From Mobula hypostoma (Eukaryota), in contig NC_086097.1 in the NCBI RefSeq assembly GCF_963921235.1, forward strand, positions 69,194,001-69,258,000: a stretch of DNA of 64,000 nt, in the 5' to 3' direction. The notes under the pieces are model-generated. The model was not told the DNA's origin. It searched no databases and worked only from the letters and a program-made list of their open reading frames with translations. Positions 53,422-64,000 of the stretch are shown one piece after another. Position numbers and translations under genes: made by a program. Numbering within the stretch: position 1 is the first letter of the stretch; every line of letters begins with the position of its first letter.

Positions 53422-53995
53422 AGGCCAATTTATTCTTCTGCGTCGAATCTACACCGTAGCCTGACGTGTATCTCCCCAAAAATGTGACTACGTTTCATGG
53501 CGACACAGACCGCAACAACTGTGATTGGTCTGCTTGGTAGCATCGCACTTCCTCCTACGTATTTCCCGTTGTTTCTTCTCATCAAATCATCAAATCTACC
53601 TGCCAACATCCGAAAACATCAAAAATACATTTCCTCGTCCATGTCTCTCAGTGGCCGGACAAGCTCAGAAAATTCACCCTCCTTCTGCTTCACTCCGTTC
53701 AATGGTCATACACACCATCTCCTCCGACATCTCCCTTTTCTGCGTTGCAGTAATTTCAATAAAAGTAACTCTTGTTCAACAATTATTAGTTCCAACTCCG
53801 ACATTATGCACTCAGTTTCAGTCACCATTGTTTAAAGTACACAAAGAAACTCAACACAGTGGCATAGAAACCCCACCGCCAACTAGTTTTGGCGGTGAAT
53901 TGCAGAGCGACGCAGACACACCAACGCACAAGTATAAATGCTCACAACGGCGTAGGCCACTTGCGTAGAGCCTACACAGAAGTATAAATCAGCCT
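53422..53995. mobile_element. Non-autonomous TIR element, possibly PIF/Harbinger-like
   Basis: aggccaatttattcttctg / cagaagtataaatcagcct terminal inverted repeats (16/19) with CpG-rich subterminal cgtag/ctac motifs. TSD not clean. Confidence 0.55.
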
Positions 53996-54211
53996 ACAGT
54001 ACAACATTGACAAAGCTCTAGATCTATTTTGCAATTAATTTCTAACTTTCAATTAAGATTGCTCTTTCTTCAGTAAAAACAAATTTAGTGTGTGCAACAG
54101 TGATCATGATGTTAGAAACATTTGGAAGAAACATTGGTTGACCCAAATAATTTTAGCCCACAATTTAAAACAATTCTGTATGAAAAATAAAAAATACAAT
54201 TCAAAACTTGC

Positions 54212-57200
54212 CTTTTTGTTTGGCTTTTGTGGCTTTGGTTTTGCTGGTTTCTTATCCCTCTTCCTCCTCGGATCATCAACTTCTGGATCAGATGCAATAG
54301 CAGGATTATCAATCCCTGCTTTCCCACAACTGTCTGGGGACAGTAAAGGATCTTCCTCACTCCCACGATGAGTTTTCCCCTTCTTTGGCTTGCGTGAAGA
54401 TGATGGCACAGTTTCATCATCACTACCATCAAAGCGTTCTCTCCTTCTATAGTATAATCTAGCCTTTCTAAATAGTGTCTTGGATTTGTATTTGTACTTT
54501 GAAGGCTTCCGTATTATGGGTTGCTTTGCAGATCGATCAAGCAAGCCATTTTCTTCTTCTCCTAGGGAATTATTTCCTCCAATTAATGTTGGCTTTCTTA
54601 TAATCTTAGAAGTTTTTGAATCTTGGGGAACAGAATATATTTCATCATCCATTTTCGGTTTTAGCAGAGAATCTCTTGGGACTGAGTAATTGTCAGTTGG
54701 ATCTAGGTCATCTGGATGGCCAAAAGGTGCTCGATTGTTTCTCTTTGGGTTTTTACCTATTACCTGTTCAATGGTTTTCACAAGATTTGGATCAAGTTTT
54801 CTCACGTCGTGCCTCAAAATAGAAGGTTTGGGTTTAATGGGTGGAGGCACTTTATGATTCTCATGATTAATAATTGGACTACTGTGAACTGGATATTCAG
54901 TCCCTTCAAAATCTGATCGATGTTTAGAACGATCATTGGATGAGGGAAGCAACTGCACCTCATCTCCAATAGGGCTGTATGGTGGAGGTGCTTCATTGTC
55001 ATCTTCTGAGTCAGGATAATAATTGTAAGCTGGAGAGTTTGCCCGAGGAGACAAGGAGGCATCATCATTTGCATTAGTGGATTCTCTGGTGTCATACATA
55101 AACGAATTTTCAATACTATTTTTCTTCTCTAGAACTTCACTGAAGAATGGTGTGAAAACTTCTGTCTGTCTATGATACTGTGACAAAGTATATATAGCAG
55201 TAAATTTTGCAGATATTTCTGTTGCTATATGTTCACCCTCAGTCATCAACTCTTTAATTGCTTCATTTTCAAAAAAGTCAGCTTGACTGTCAGTAACAGC
55301 CACCAACTGAACAGGAATGATATCTTGCACTTCTGCCAAAAAGGCACGGAGCATTGCCATGGAAGCTTTTCGTTTTGCTGAATAAACCAGGATATACCCA
55401 TGGACTAACTCATCCTTTCTTACACAAATAGATGAGTGGTATGAAAGTATTGTAATCTGGATTCGTTTGCGCTTTTCACCAATAATCTTCTCAAGTAGGA
55501 GAGAATTACTATGACCAGGCTGAGCAGCACTGCAAAACTGAGATTCCAGGAAAGGTGAAAGAATTATGTCAACATTAAATGGATCTCCACACATGGCACA
55601 CATTACAATTCTCAAGTCAGCTTCTGTCATATCTTTAATACTGGGCAAAGGACTAACAACATTTAAATTGTTTTTCAATGCTTCCAAGAGACCTCTAAGA
55701 GCTTGTTTTATTTGGAATTCATGAAATTTGCGAGTATAGGTTCCAGAGGGCACATCAACAAAAGGACATTGCAACTTATTGGCAAGTTGCTGTCCCTGAA
55801 GTCTTAAAATTGGCAAGTTCTTGCTACCAATGTCTCTCTGGTTTGCTAATATAACTGTAAATGAAAGATTAGCTGTAAACTTGCCTTTCCTGTTTGGGGT
55901 AGCTTCACTTCTTATCCGTTCTATGCAATCAGCCATACAACTAAGTGACTCTGTGGAGTTATAAACACAGAAATAGCCATGAGGTCGATGTGTTGTAAGC
56001 AGACCAGACAATACAAAAGTATTGAGATCCACTGGTTGAAGATCCAGTTCATATATCTTACCATCTAAAGTATACTCATCATCAGTACACTGAACTCGAA
56101 TTTCATTAGCTAGTTCCTGCGCAAGTCCATCTCTACCCAAGAGAACAAGAATAAGCTTATCAATATTGGCACTATCCTGATGCATGTTTGGCCGATTGTT
56201 ATCAAACTGTATAAGACTGGCGGAAAGTAATTGTTCCACCTTAATGTCCATGCAATTCTGACCACTGAGACAAGTTTCTTTAGTTGGGTGGTAGACAAAT
56301 CCTATGTGTTTTAACAGAAGAGATTCCCGATCCGGTGCAAGTTTTTGTAGTGCCCTGTATCTTGGCTCTTCACTTAGAACAGTGTTGATTTCATTCATTT
56401 TGGGTGTTGCATTAAGATCTAGATCATAAAAAAGTTCAGAATGTTCAAAAAGCATTTCCTGGAATTCCTCTTTTGCTTTTTCAACAATTTCTCGTTGATG
56501 TCTACTGTAAACCTCTCTACGATCAGCATCAGTTATAAACTTGCAAGCTTCATTGTCCATGACAAAACATGACACATCTTCCCAGGGCTTCCCAGGTGTT
56601 ATGAACTGTACCTTTTCAAGGTGTTTCTTGAACTTTTCTTTCATTTCAAGCCTTCGTCTCTCAGAAATCAAATGTTGCACGTGATTGTGGTAAACTTTTT
56701 CTCCTTCTGATGTACTGAGAAGGTCAAAGGGAAGTCTCTTATCATTAATATTATCAATGTGGTCAGTTTCATCCCAGGGTGTTTTTTCTAACACAACAAA
56801 CCAGAGGGGAAAGTCAGGTCTCTGTTCCAAAACATTTTGAGCCTCTGACCAGTTCAACTGTTCAATTTCCTCAAGCTCAGGAAGCAATATATTCAGGGCT
56901 TTTGGTAACAAAGCAATATATTCTTCCCGTCGTTTTCTAACGTGTTCCTGTTTGAGCTGTTCTATGTGCTTAGAAAATGTGTTTTTTGCCTTCTTTGTCC
57001 CTTCCAAAGTTACATACTCTTCATAATCAGGGTGATTTTTCAATTTATTACTTACAGTTTTCCACTCTGCATGATAATCTTTTACAGCCTGGACAATCAA
57101 CTTTTCAAATTTGTCCGTTGCTGAAGCAACAAGTTGTCTCTGTTGCTTATAAGCATCCAAATATGGAATAATCTTCGGCTTTGCCCTTGTTTTATCCAAC

Positions 57201-57934
57201 AATTGAATTAAAGTAGCAAAACACAAATCCACATTCACATGAAATCGTGCTGAAGTTTCTACAACAGGCATATTCTTTTTGTTAGTTGCAAAAGCCTGCA
57301 CTTCCCGCAGGTAGTGATCAACGCATTCATCACATTTTGTTGCTGCTATAACAATTGGTTTTTTTGTTTTAGTCAGCTGAGCAACAAGGTTATTTACAAA
57401 CTTCAGCTGATCATCAAATTTCCTATTGCACCCTTTGCTCACATCAATGCACAGGAGAAAACCATCGATGGTTAGCTTACCATCTGGCATCTGCTTCTGC
57501 TCAAAGTCTTGCTCCAAACCCAGTTGATCAGTGCAGATGTACATTAACTTTTCAGCTGACTGTAATTTTGATACAGCTGCTCGTTTTATATATAGTTGTA
57601 AGTTTGTGCTTCGATGAGGCAGAAAAGTTTGGTCATCAATAAACTCAGTTTGTTCAATGACTTGTACTTTATATTCAGTTCCTTCCTCACTTGTGTGGCT
57701 GACGTCACCCCAGAACAGAAAATGGTCATTGTTGACAACACGGCCTCCAAAATCAATCGTGCTGAGTACTGAGGTATGCTCTGGGTAATAATCATCCGCT
57801 TTTGGGTGCACATATCGATTGCATAAACAAGACTTTCCAACACCACTTGTACCTTTCTCTTTCTCTGTCCCTGATAATCCCACCACACTAATACTGTATG
57901 TTGGGGGACGCAGTTCTTTATTTTTTGCCATCAT
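54212..57934 (-). CDS. ARHGAP5: ARHGAP5 / p190-B RhoGAP, first coding exon (exon 2; 1241 codons): N-terminal GTPase-like domain, FF domains, pseudo-GTPase middle region
   Basis: 1276-aa ORF starting MMAKNKELRPPTYSISVVGLSGTEKEKG...GVGKSCLCNR, recognised as p190-B rather than p190-A. Similarity stops at KPNKK, where AAG|GCAAGT gives a phase-0 donor at 54212|54211. Confidence 0.97.
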
Positions 57935-58119
57935 TCTTTGCCAGTCATCCCTTTATATTTGAAGACAACATTGGAATGTGCTCCTTTATTCTGTAGTAAA
58001 CCCACATACAGTGGGTCACTGCTTCTCTTTGATGCAGTCCATAATGAGCTCCATTTTCATTGAAAATACATTTTTCTTCATAATCTTATTTTAGTCCATA
58101 GTTCCTCAACATTTAAGTT
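57935..58119 (-). other. ARHGAP5: 5' UTR portion of ARHGAP5 exon 2
   Basis: Acceptor gattttgtttgttttaaacag|AAC at 58120|58119, 185 nt upstream of the ATG. Confidence 0.7.
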
Positions 58120-59309
58120 CTGTTTAAAACAAACAAAATCAGTTAAAAGGTTCAAATATTTAGAAAAAAAACATGACAAATATCAACTTATAAACTGGTA
58201 ACTTCCATTCATTTCTATCACAGCACATGGAAGTGAAACTCAGGGAAAGTTTGCTGACCATCCTTAAACCTCACATTATCGAAATTATACAAATATAACA
58301 GAGTCAAAGTACAAAATGAATGACAGATTTGGAAGAACCCCTTGTAGAATCAAGCAGCGTAACGGCAGAACAGAAAAAATAGATTTATAATTAAGTACTC
58401 AAACAGCAATATACAGCAGATTGTTTTTTTATTCAGAGGCAAATAATTAGCAAAATGTTTTAATATTTAAAAATCTTGTAATGTTTATCTGAATACATCA
58501 GATTTTAAATGTTGACTTTTAAAAACAGTTTACTTTATAATGGCTACCTCATTGAAGACAGATTCTATATTTTCAGTGAAGCAGCTGTAAATTTCTTCTT
58601 TTAATTTTGCAAAATACTTCATTTTTTTAAAATCACCACTTAAATTCTACTTGAAATATTCAGATTCCAAATAAATAATAGGAAAAAAAGCGACAGTTAC
58701 GAAGCCTCAAATTATAAATTACACGCACAGCTGCGGCAATTTCACCGCAGCCAAAACATATAAATTGCCGATCCTCACTCAGTGCGCTATGGCAGGTTTA
58801 TAAAATCCCATCCCACTGTACATACATATTTTAAACCCAATATCATTCTACGGGACTGAAACTGGCAATGTGTGACTCAGCTAAACCAATAAAAGATGAC
58901 AATAAAATAGATACATTTATTAACTGTGACAATTTTTCATAGCTTCCTTTTCCCGTATACTTTTAAAACACGCAAAAAAGGCATACAAGTAAAGAACACT
59001 CAATGTCATCTTCTAAAGACACCTTCAATAGGCCCAATACCCTCCCCCACTACGAGCTAAAATCCGGAATGTCGATATTTTACACATGTATATACAAATA
59101 CTTATGTGAATCGAATAAACACTAATTCTAGTTCGGTTACATCATCACTTTGCCATTACATATTTTAGGGATTATTTAAAAACTGTTTCTATCGTATGCG
59201 CCTGGACAGGTCAAGGAAAGACTGTCTCTCATGACCAACCCTCCTCCCCAAAATGAAACATCGCCCCTCCACTAAAAAAAACCATAAGGAGAAATTTTAC
59301 AGCAAACAA

Positions 59310-60380
59310 TCGCAGCGCTCGAAGAGCGAGGCTTGATGCAGACGGGTTGCCTATTACTCAGCGTTAAATTCCCTCGCCGGCCGAGCTTCACCATTCCCTC
59401 CATTGTATCCGGATTTTCCCCTTACCCAACATGGTTGCTGCCAAGCTACTCTCGGCTTCCCTCCGCGGCCTGCCCCGGCCCGGCTTATTCCCCCGCCTCC
59501 TCGCACCGGGATTAACACAGCCTTTCGTTGTAGTTGTACCTGACGTGCTCGTCCGCCACCACTTCTACATTATTTTTTTCAACTCTCCTCCTCGGATGGA
59601 TCGTTTTTCTTAAAACGCATTTTTGATGGGTTTTTTTAATGTTAAAAAAAACCAAGCACCCGGCAGCTGTAAGACTCAGCTCGCGAAACAAGTTTTTATC
59701 TCGCCCACACCCCCTTCGCTTTTCGCTCTCCTTGGCCGAGCGGGCAAATCAAAGCGACGTGTGGACTGAAATGGCGGATACCGGCGCACAACTTTTCCAG
59801 CTATTTGGGCTCCTCGAGCAAACTCGTCTCGCCGCGTCTAACCCTCTGCCTCTTCCCCCGCCCTCCGGCAAACAACGACAGGACAGAACAGCAGCAGCAG
59901 CACCGCGGCGGAGGCGGAGGTGGCCACACTGACGGAGACGGCGTCGGCGTCCTTCCAGCGGCAACCTCGCTCCACGCACACGCGCGTCCACACGCACGCA
60001 CGGGACGGAACAGGACGGGCACGGCCGGTCGCAGAGACGTTACGGGGGTCGGAGGGGTGGGGAGGGGGCGACCGGGGGGAGCTCGACGCCTCCTCCTGCT
60101 CCCCCTCGGAGGGAGGCGGCTCAAGCAGTTGCGAGTGCGATCCCGGCGCCAGTGTTCTCGGGGGATTCCTGAGGCGCCTCGCATCCTTGGAAATGCCAGG
60201 AATGTCCACCCCCCCCTTGGAGGAGGAGCTCCCTGAGAACATGGGAAGGCAGGACACGGATGTGGACCCGCTCCCGCTTTCGCGCAGTACGCCGGAGAGA
60301 GCCCCTCGCTACGAAACGTTATGTTACCTTTAGCAGCTACAAATCCGCATGAACGTTAACGAATGGTCGTCGAGCTTCTC
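59310..60380. promoter_or_regulatory. CpG island; probable ARHGAP5 promoter and non-coding first exon(s)
   Basis: Abrupt rise in GC and CpG density against a CpG-depleted background, ~1.2 kb upstream of exon 2. Candidate minus-strand donors: TGG|GTAAGG (59426), CAG|GTACAA (59540), AAG|GTAACA (60328). Confidence 0.8.
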
Positions 60381-61818
60381 GTCCACCATGGATTTGCAGA
60401 AGGTCCTGATTTAATTTGGGAATATTGGTTTATAGTGCGGAAATTACAGTCATATTAAAGCCAAACGCTGTGGATGTTTGGTAGTGTACTTAGTCATTCT
60501 GTTAGCTAAATAGCCCCGTTGGTGGAAGTTTCGCGACTATGTAAAGTACTGAGAATGCTAGGAATATGACACAAAACGGAGTGTAGACAATAATTTGCAG
60601 GTAAAGTCGTTTCTGCTAAGAGTTAATCTTTCACCTTACACAATTTTTCGTTTTCGCTCTGAATATTGATTTTATTCAATAACACTACTGATTAGCGTTG
60701 AACTCTAAATCTCGTCCTTTTTCTTCCCTACAATGAATTCTAACAAAAGGATCATTTGTAAAAGTCTCTTTGAGGTTAAACAATTGAAAATACAAACTGT
60801 CCAAGTGAAATACAAGAAAAATGAAATCTGTTGACACATTTGTATAAAACGAAGGATTTTTTAAAACGTCAAAACAAATTGTGAATTTTCAAACAATTTT
60901 ATGAAAATTTAAGACTTCAACGATTCGTTCTTATGGCTTTAAATCTGAGTTTGTGGGTTGAAATCTCCAGAAACTTGAGTACTTGTGTAATCTAGAGTAA
61001 AAGGTGTTGCAGTTTAATCTGGTAGATAGTTGTAAAACATAGAATTCAGTGGAAGTATGTAATTTTAGGGTCTGTTCAGACTGCACTGTAAAATGAGAGG
61101 GTGGAGCAGATCTGATGGGAAATCTGAGCACTTTCAAAGACTGAGAAACTTCTCCATATCTCATAATTAATCCAAGAATATGGGGTGTTTAAAAAAAACT
61201 GAAGAAATAATCTTGAAATTTAGAGAATATGACCAAATGTGTACAACACCTTGGAACCTTGATCAAATCAAACATTGTGACATTTCTCTCTTTTTGAATT
61301 TACACTATGGATAAATTGCCAAATAGGACAAATTGCCAGAACCTTCACACCCACTGGACCGATAAAACAGTAATTCTGTCTTTTGTAATGCCTTTAGCAT
61401 TGCATCTAACAGAAGTTAAAAATAGAAAGGGTAAAATCCAACAGAAAGGAAGATATATGCAAAAAGATTAAAACAGTTTACCTGACCTGCTGAATGTTTA
61501 CAGCAATTTCTGATTTTATTCCTGATGTCCAACATTGCTGATACAATTTTGGGGCATGAAGACACACAGAAAGCCAGAATTATACCAGCAGATAGTTGGA
61601 AGCAGATTTTAATTTTACGTTTAGAGGAGCTTGGGAAAGGGATGGTAATATTTAAGCAGAAGGAAACGAATTATACATTTTCTCCAGATCCCCCAACATC
61701 TCCAATGGCTGTTCTGATTGCTGCCTGTGTCCTGCAACCTTTTCAGTTTTTGTTTATCTATAATCCATCTATCCCTACTTTAGAGGCTTTAAGACTTTGC
61801 CTCAGTAGACTCCATTCA

Positions 61819-63220
61819 GTCCAAGTATATAATTTTATAAGTGTATAATCTACTCAACAGGAAAGTGGCCAACAGATTTTGTGGTGTCAGAGTTTGTCAT
61901 GATCCCAAAGAAAAGTAAGAGCACGAAATGCTCAGACTTTGGAACTATAAGTCTTATAAGTCATGCTTCCAAGATCTTGTTATTAATACTTCTAAGCAGA
62001 ATAAAAAGGACAGTTCTTAATGAAATTAATGAGTGCCAGAGTGGATTTATACCGGGTAAGGGTACCCGTGAAGGGATTTTTAATTTACAAATGATTGTGG
62101 AACGAGGTCTAGAAAAAAAAGACATTTACATGTGCTTTCTGGATTACGAAAAAGCTTTTGACCAAGTCGATCATGAACAGCTGGTCAATTTCCTGAACTC
62201 ACTGGGGCTGGATGGGAAAGGTGTTTGACTGATTGCGAGTCTGTACTGGCATCAGAAGGCAGTAATAAGAACTAGTGGTGGGAATTCACCAGAAGTTGAG
62301 ATCCAAAAAGGGGTTCACCAGGGATGATTATCTCGCCTTTATTATTTAACATTTACTCAGAGGTAATCTTCAGGGTGTTGAACGATGAAGCTGGTGTCCA
62401 AATTGGTGGAGTGACGGTGAACAACGTGAGGTATGCAAATGATTCAGTGTTGTTAGCCGAGACTGAGGACGAGTTACTCAGAATAGTAGATAAGATAAAT
62501 GCTGAAGGTGAACGATTTGGTATGAAATTAAATACTGCAAAGACGAAGATGATGGTAGTATCACGAAGAAAGAAGTCCCCAAAATCAGTATCAAAATTAA
62601 CAGCGTAGGCATAGAGCAAGTCAAGAAGTTTGTGTACTTGGGACAGATGATCACAGAGGATGGGAAATGTGATATAGAAATTAGACGAAGAATTGAGATT
62701 GCAAGATCAACGTTCTGGAGCCTGAGTGACGTGCTGTGTGGCAAGAGGTTGGACTTTGGGCTGCGTTGTAGAATTTGGAAATGCTACATCTGGAGCAGTC
62801 TGTTGTATGGAGTCGAATCGTGGACCTTATGCAAGGAGACGCAACGACGACTGGAGGCATTTGAAATGTGGTGTTTAAGGAGAATGCAGAAAATTAGATG
62901 GGTGATGAAGGTCAGTAATATGGAAGTGTTGAAGAGAGCGAGGACAGAAAAGGAATTGCTGAAGAATGTGTAGAAAAGGAAGCTGGAATATGCTGGGCAC
63001 TTGTTAAGAGGTGGTGGACTGCAGAAGTTGTAATTGGAAGGGATGATAGAAGGAAAGAGGGAAAGAGGAAGGCAGCGAACCACTTGGTACGATAACGTGA
63101 GGCAATGGACTGGGTTGAGTTATGCTGAGGCCAGAAAAAGAGCACAAGATCAAAGAAGATGGAGGTGTATAGCTGCCAACCCCGGATTCGGGACGGCACC
63201 CACCGACTGACTGACTGACT
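61819..63220 (+). mobile_element. RTE-clade LINE, 5'-truncated, with (GACT)n tail
   Basis: IPKK...TISLISHASKILL...QSGF...FLDYEKAFDQVDH, RYANDSVLLAE, YLGQMITEDG, LLYGVESWTL...RLEAFEMWCLRRM. TSD gactccattca at 61808-61818 and 63221-63231. Confidence 0.9.
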
Positions 63221-63829
63221 GACTCCATTCATTAAAGAAGCATAGAAGTGCTGGTGGGACATTGGAGCTTGCAAGCACTGAGAGACAGAAAAGGGCACAC
63301 ATTCTGGATGCATTCAGGTTAATTTTCAGGTTCCCCTTTTACTCGGAGAAATTGAGATAAATGAGAACTGGAGTCCCTAATTTAAATCCGGAAGGAAAAG
63401 CTTTGGGTTGTGGAAATATGAGGAAAGATCAGAGTTACAGAAAGTGGAATTTGAGATTATTCAGGGGGAAAATATGATAACATCAATGCACCATAAGTGT
63501 ATTTCAGAGTGTGGGTTTTCAGAGAAGTAGATTCCCGAGTCATAGACTTAAGGAGGAGCGACAGGAAGTGAGTATCTATGTACAAATGAAGCCCCGCTGA
63601 TAAAAATATGACCTTCAATTCAACTATTTGTGCAATTTCCAAACATTGCGTTTTCAGGCTGACAGCCAGAATGATGGCTTGGAACCTCCTGCTTTTATAA
63701 GTACATTTTGTACTGACTCATTTGTTGACCTTAATGTCAGATAAAATTGGCAAATGCACTGTTAAAACTTTCTCCTAAGATTAACTTGCAATCTATAATA
63801 GATTTTTGTTAAAGATGATTCAAAACATA

Positions 63830-64000
63830 TACACAAGGAATTCTGCAGATGCTGGAAATTCAAGCAACACACATCAAAGTTGCTGGTGAACGCAGCAGAC
63901 CAGGCAGCATCTCTAGGAAGAGGTACAGTCGACGTTTTGGGCCAAGACCCTTCATCAGGACGAAGGGTCTCGGCCTGAAACGTCGACTGTACCTCTTCTT
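63830..64000. mobile_element. Inverted pair of Penelope-like tails, cut by the window end
   Basis: gaggtacagtcgacgttttgggccaagacccttc is mirrored by gaagggtctcggcctgaaacgtcgactgtacctc; same subfamily as 25277-25479. Confidence 0.78.

Noticed and set aside
54104..54211. C-terminal 35 aa of the 1276-aa ORF as true coding sequence
   Set aside because: Similarity to p190-B ends at the GC donor; this is read-through into intron 2.
54212..57934. Assignment as ARHGAP35 (p190-A)
   Set aside because: The N-terminus MMAKNKE.RPP.Y and motifs such as [10 protein letters not shown] and RGSEEDPLLSP match p190-B.
59333..60333. Several overlapping 60-143 aa ORFs on both strands
   Set aside because: Low-complexity Arg/Gly/Pro/Ala translations expected in a stop-poor CpG island; no recognisable domain.
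61881..62973. Host gene upstream of ARHGAP5
   Set aside because: The three ORFs are consecutive pieces of one broken RTE reverse transcriptase.

Overview
Vertebrate genomic DNA, AT-rich and repeat-dense. The repeat mix (V-SINEs, CR1, Rex1/Babar, Penelope-like tails) suggests a cartilaginous fish, possibly a ray; this is inference. The window holds one protein-coding gene, ARHGAP5 (p190-B RhoGAP), on the minus strand. It has a CpG-island promoter (~59.3-60.4 kb), a large first coding exon (CDS 57934-54212) ending in a GC donor, five small RhoGAP-domain exons (51347-51212, 17278-17201, 7719-7588, 7043-6938, 2170-1858) and an AT-rich 3' UTR. The joined CDS is 4488 nt (1495 aa + stop) with consistent phases. 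Exons are numbered assuming an unmapped non-coding exon 1. Introns are filled with decayed, often nested mobile elements: CR1, Rex1/Babar, RTE, Penelope-like, Tc1, Tigger/pogo, a Harbinger-like element and V-SINEs. Nearly all short ORFs in the track are fragments of these or noise. Most notable: (1) an intronic hairpin at 23399-23555 whose loop holds a perfect 43-nt antisense copy of the 3' half and splice donor of the in-frame-skippable arginine-finger exon; (2) many Penelope-derived minimal hammerhead ribozyme motifs, several in inverted pairs; (3) three copies of a non-coding retroelement family with conserved ends and a variable tandem-repeat core.
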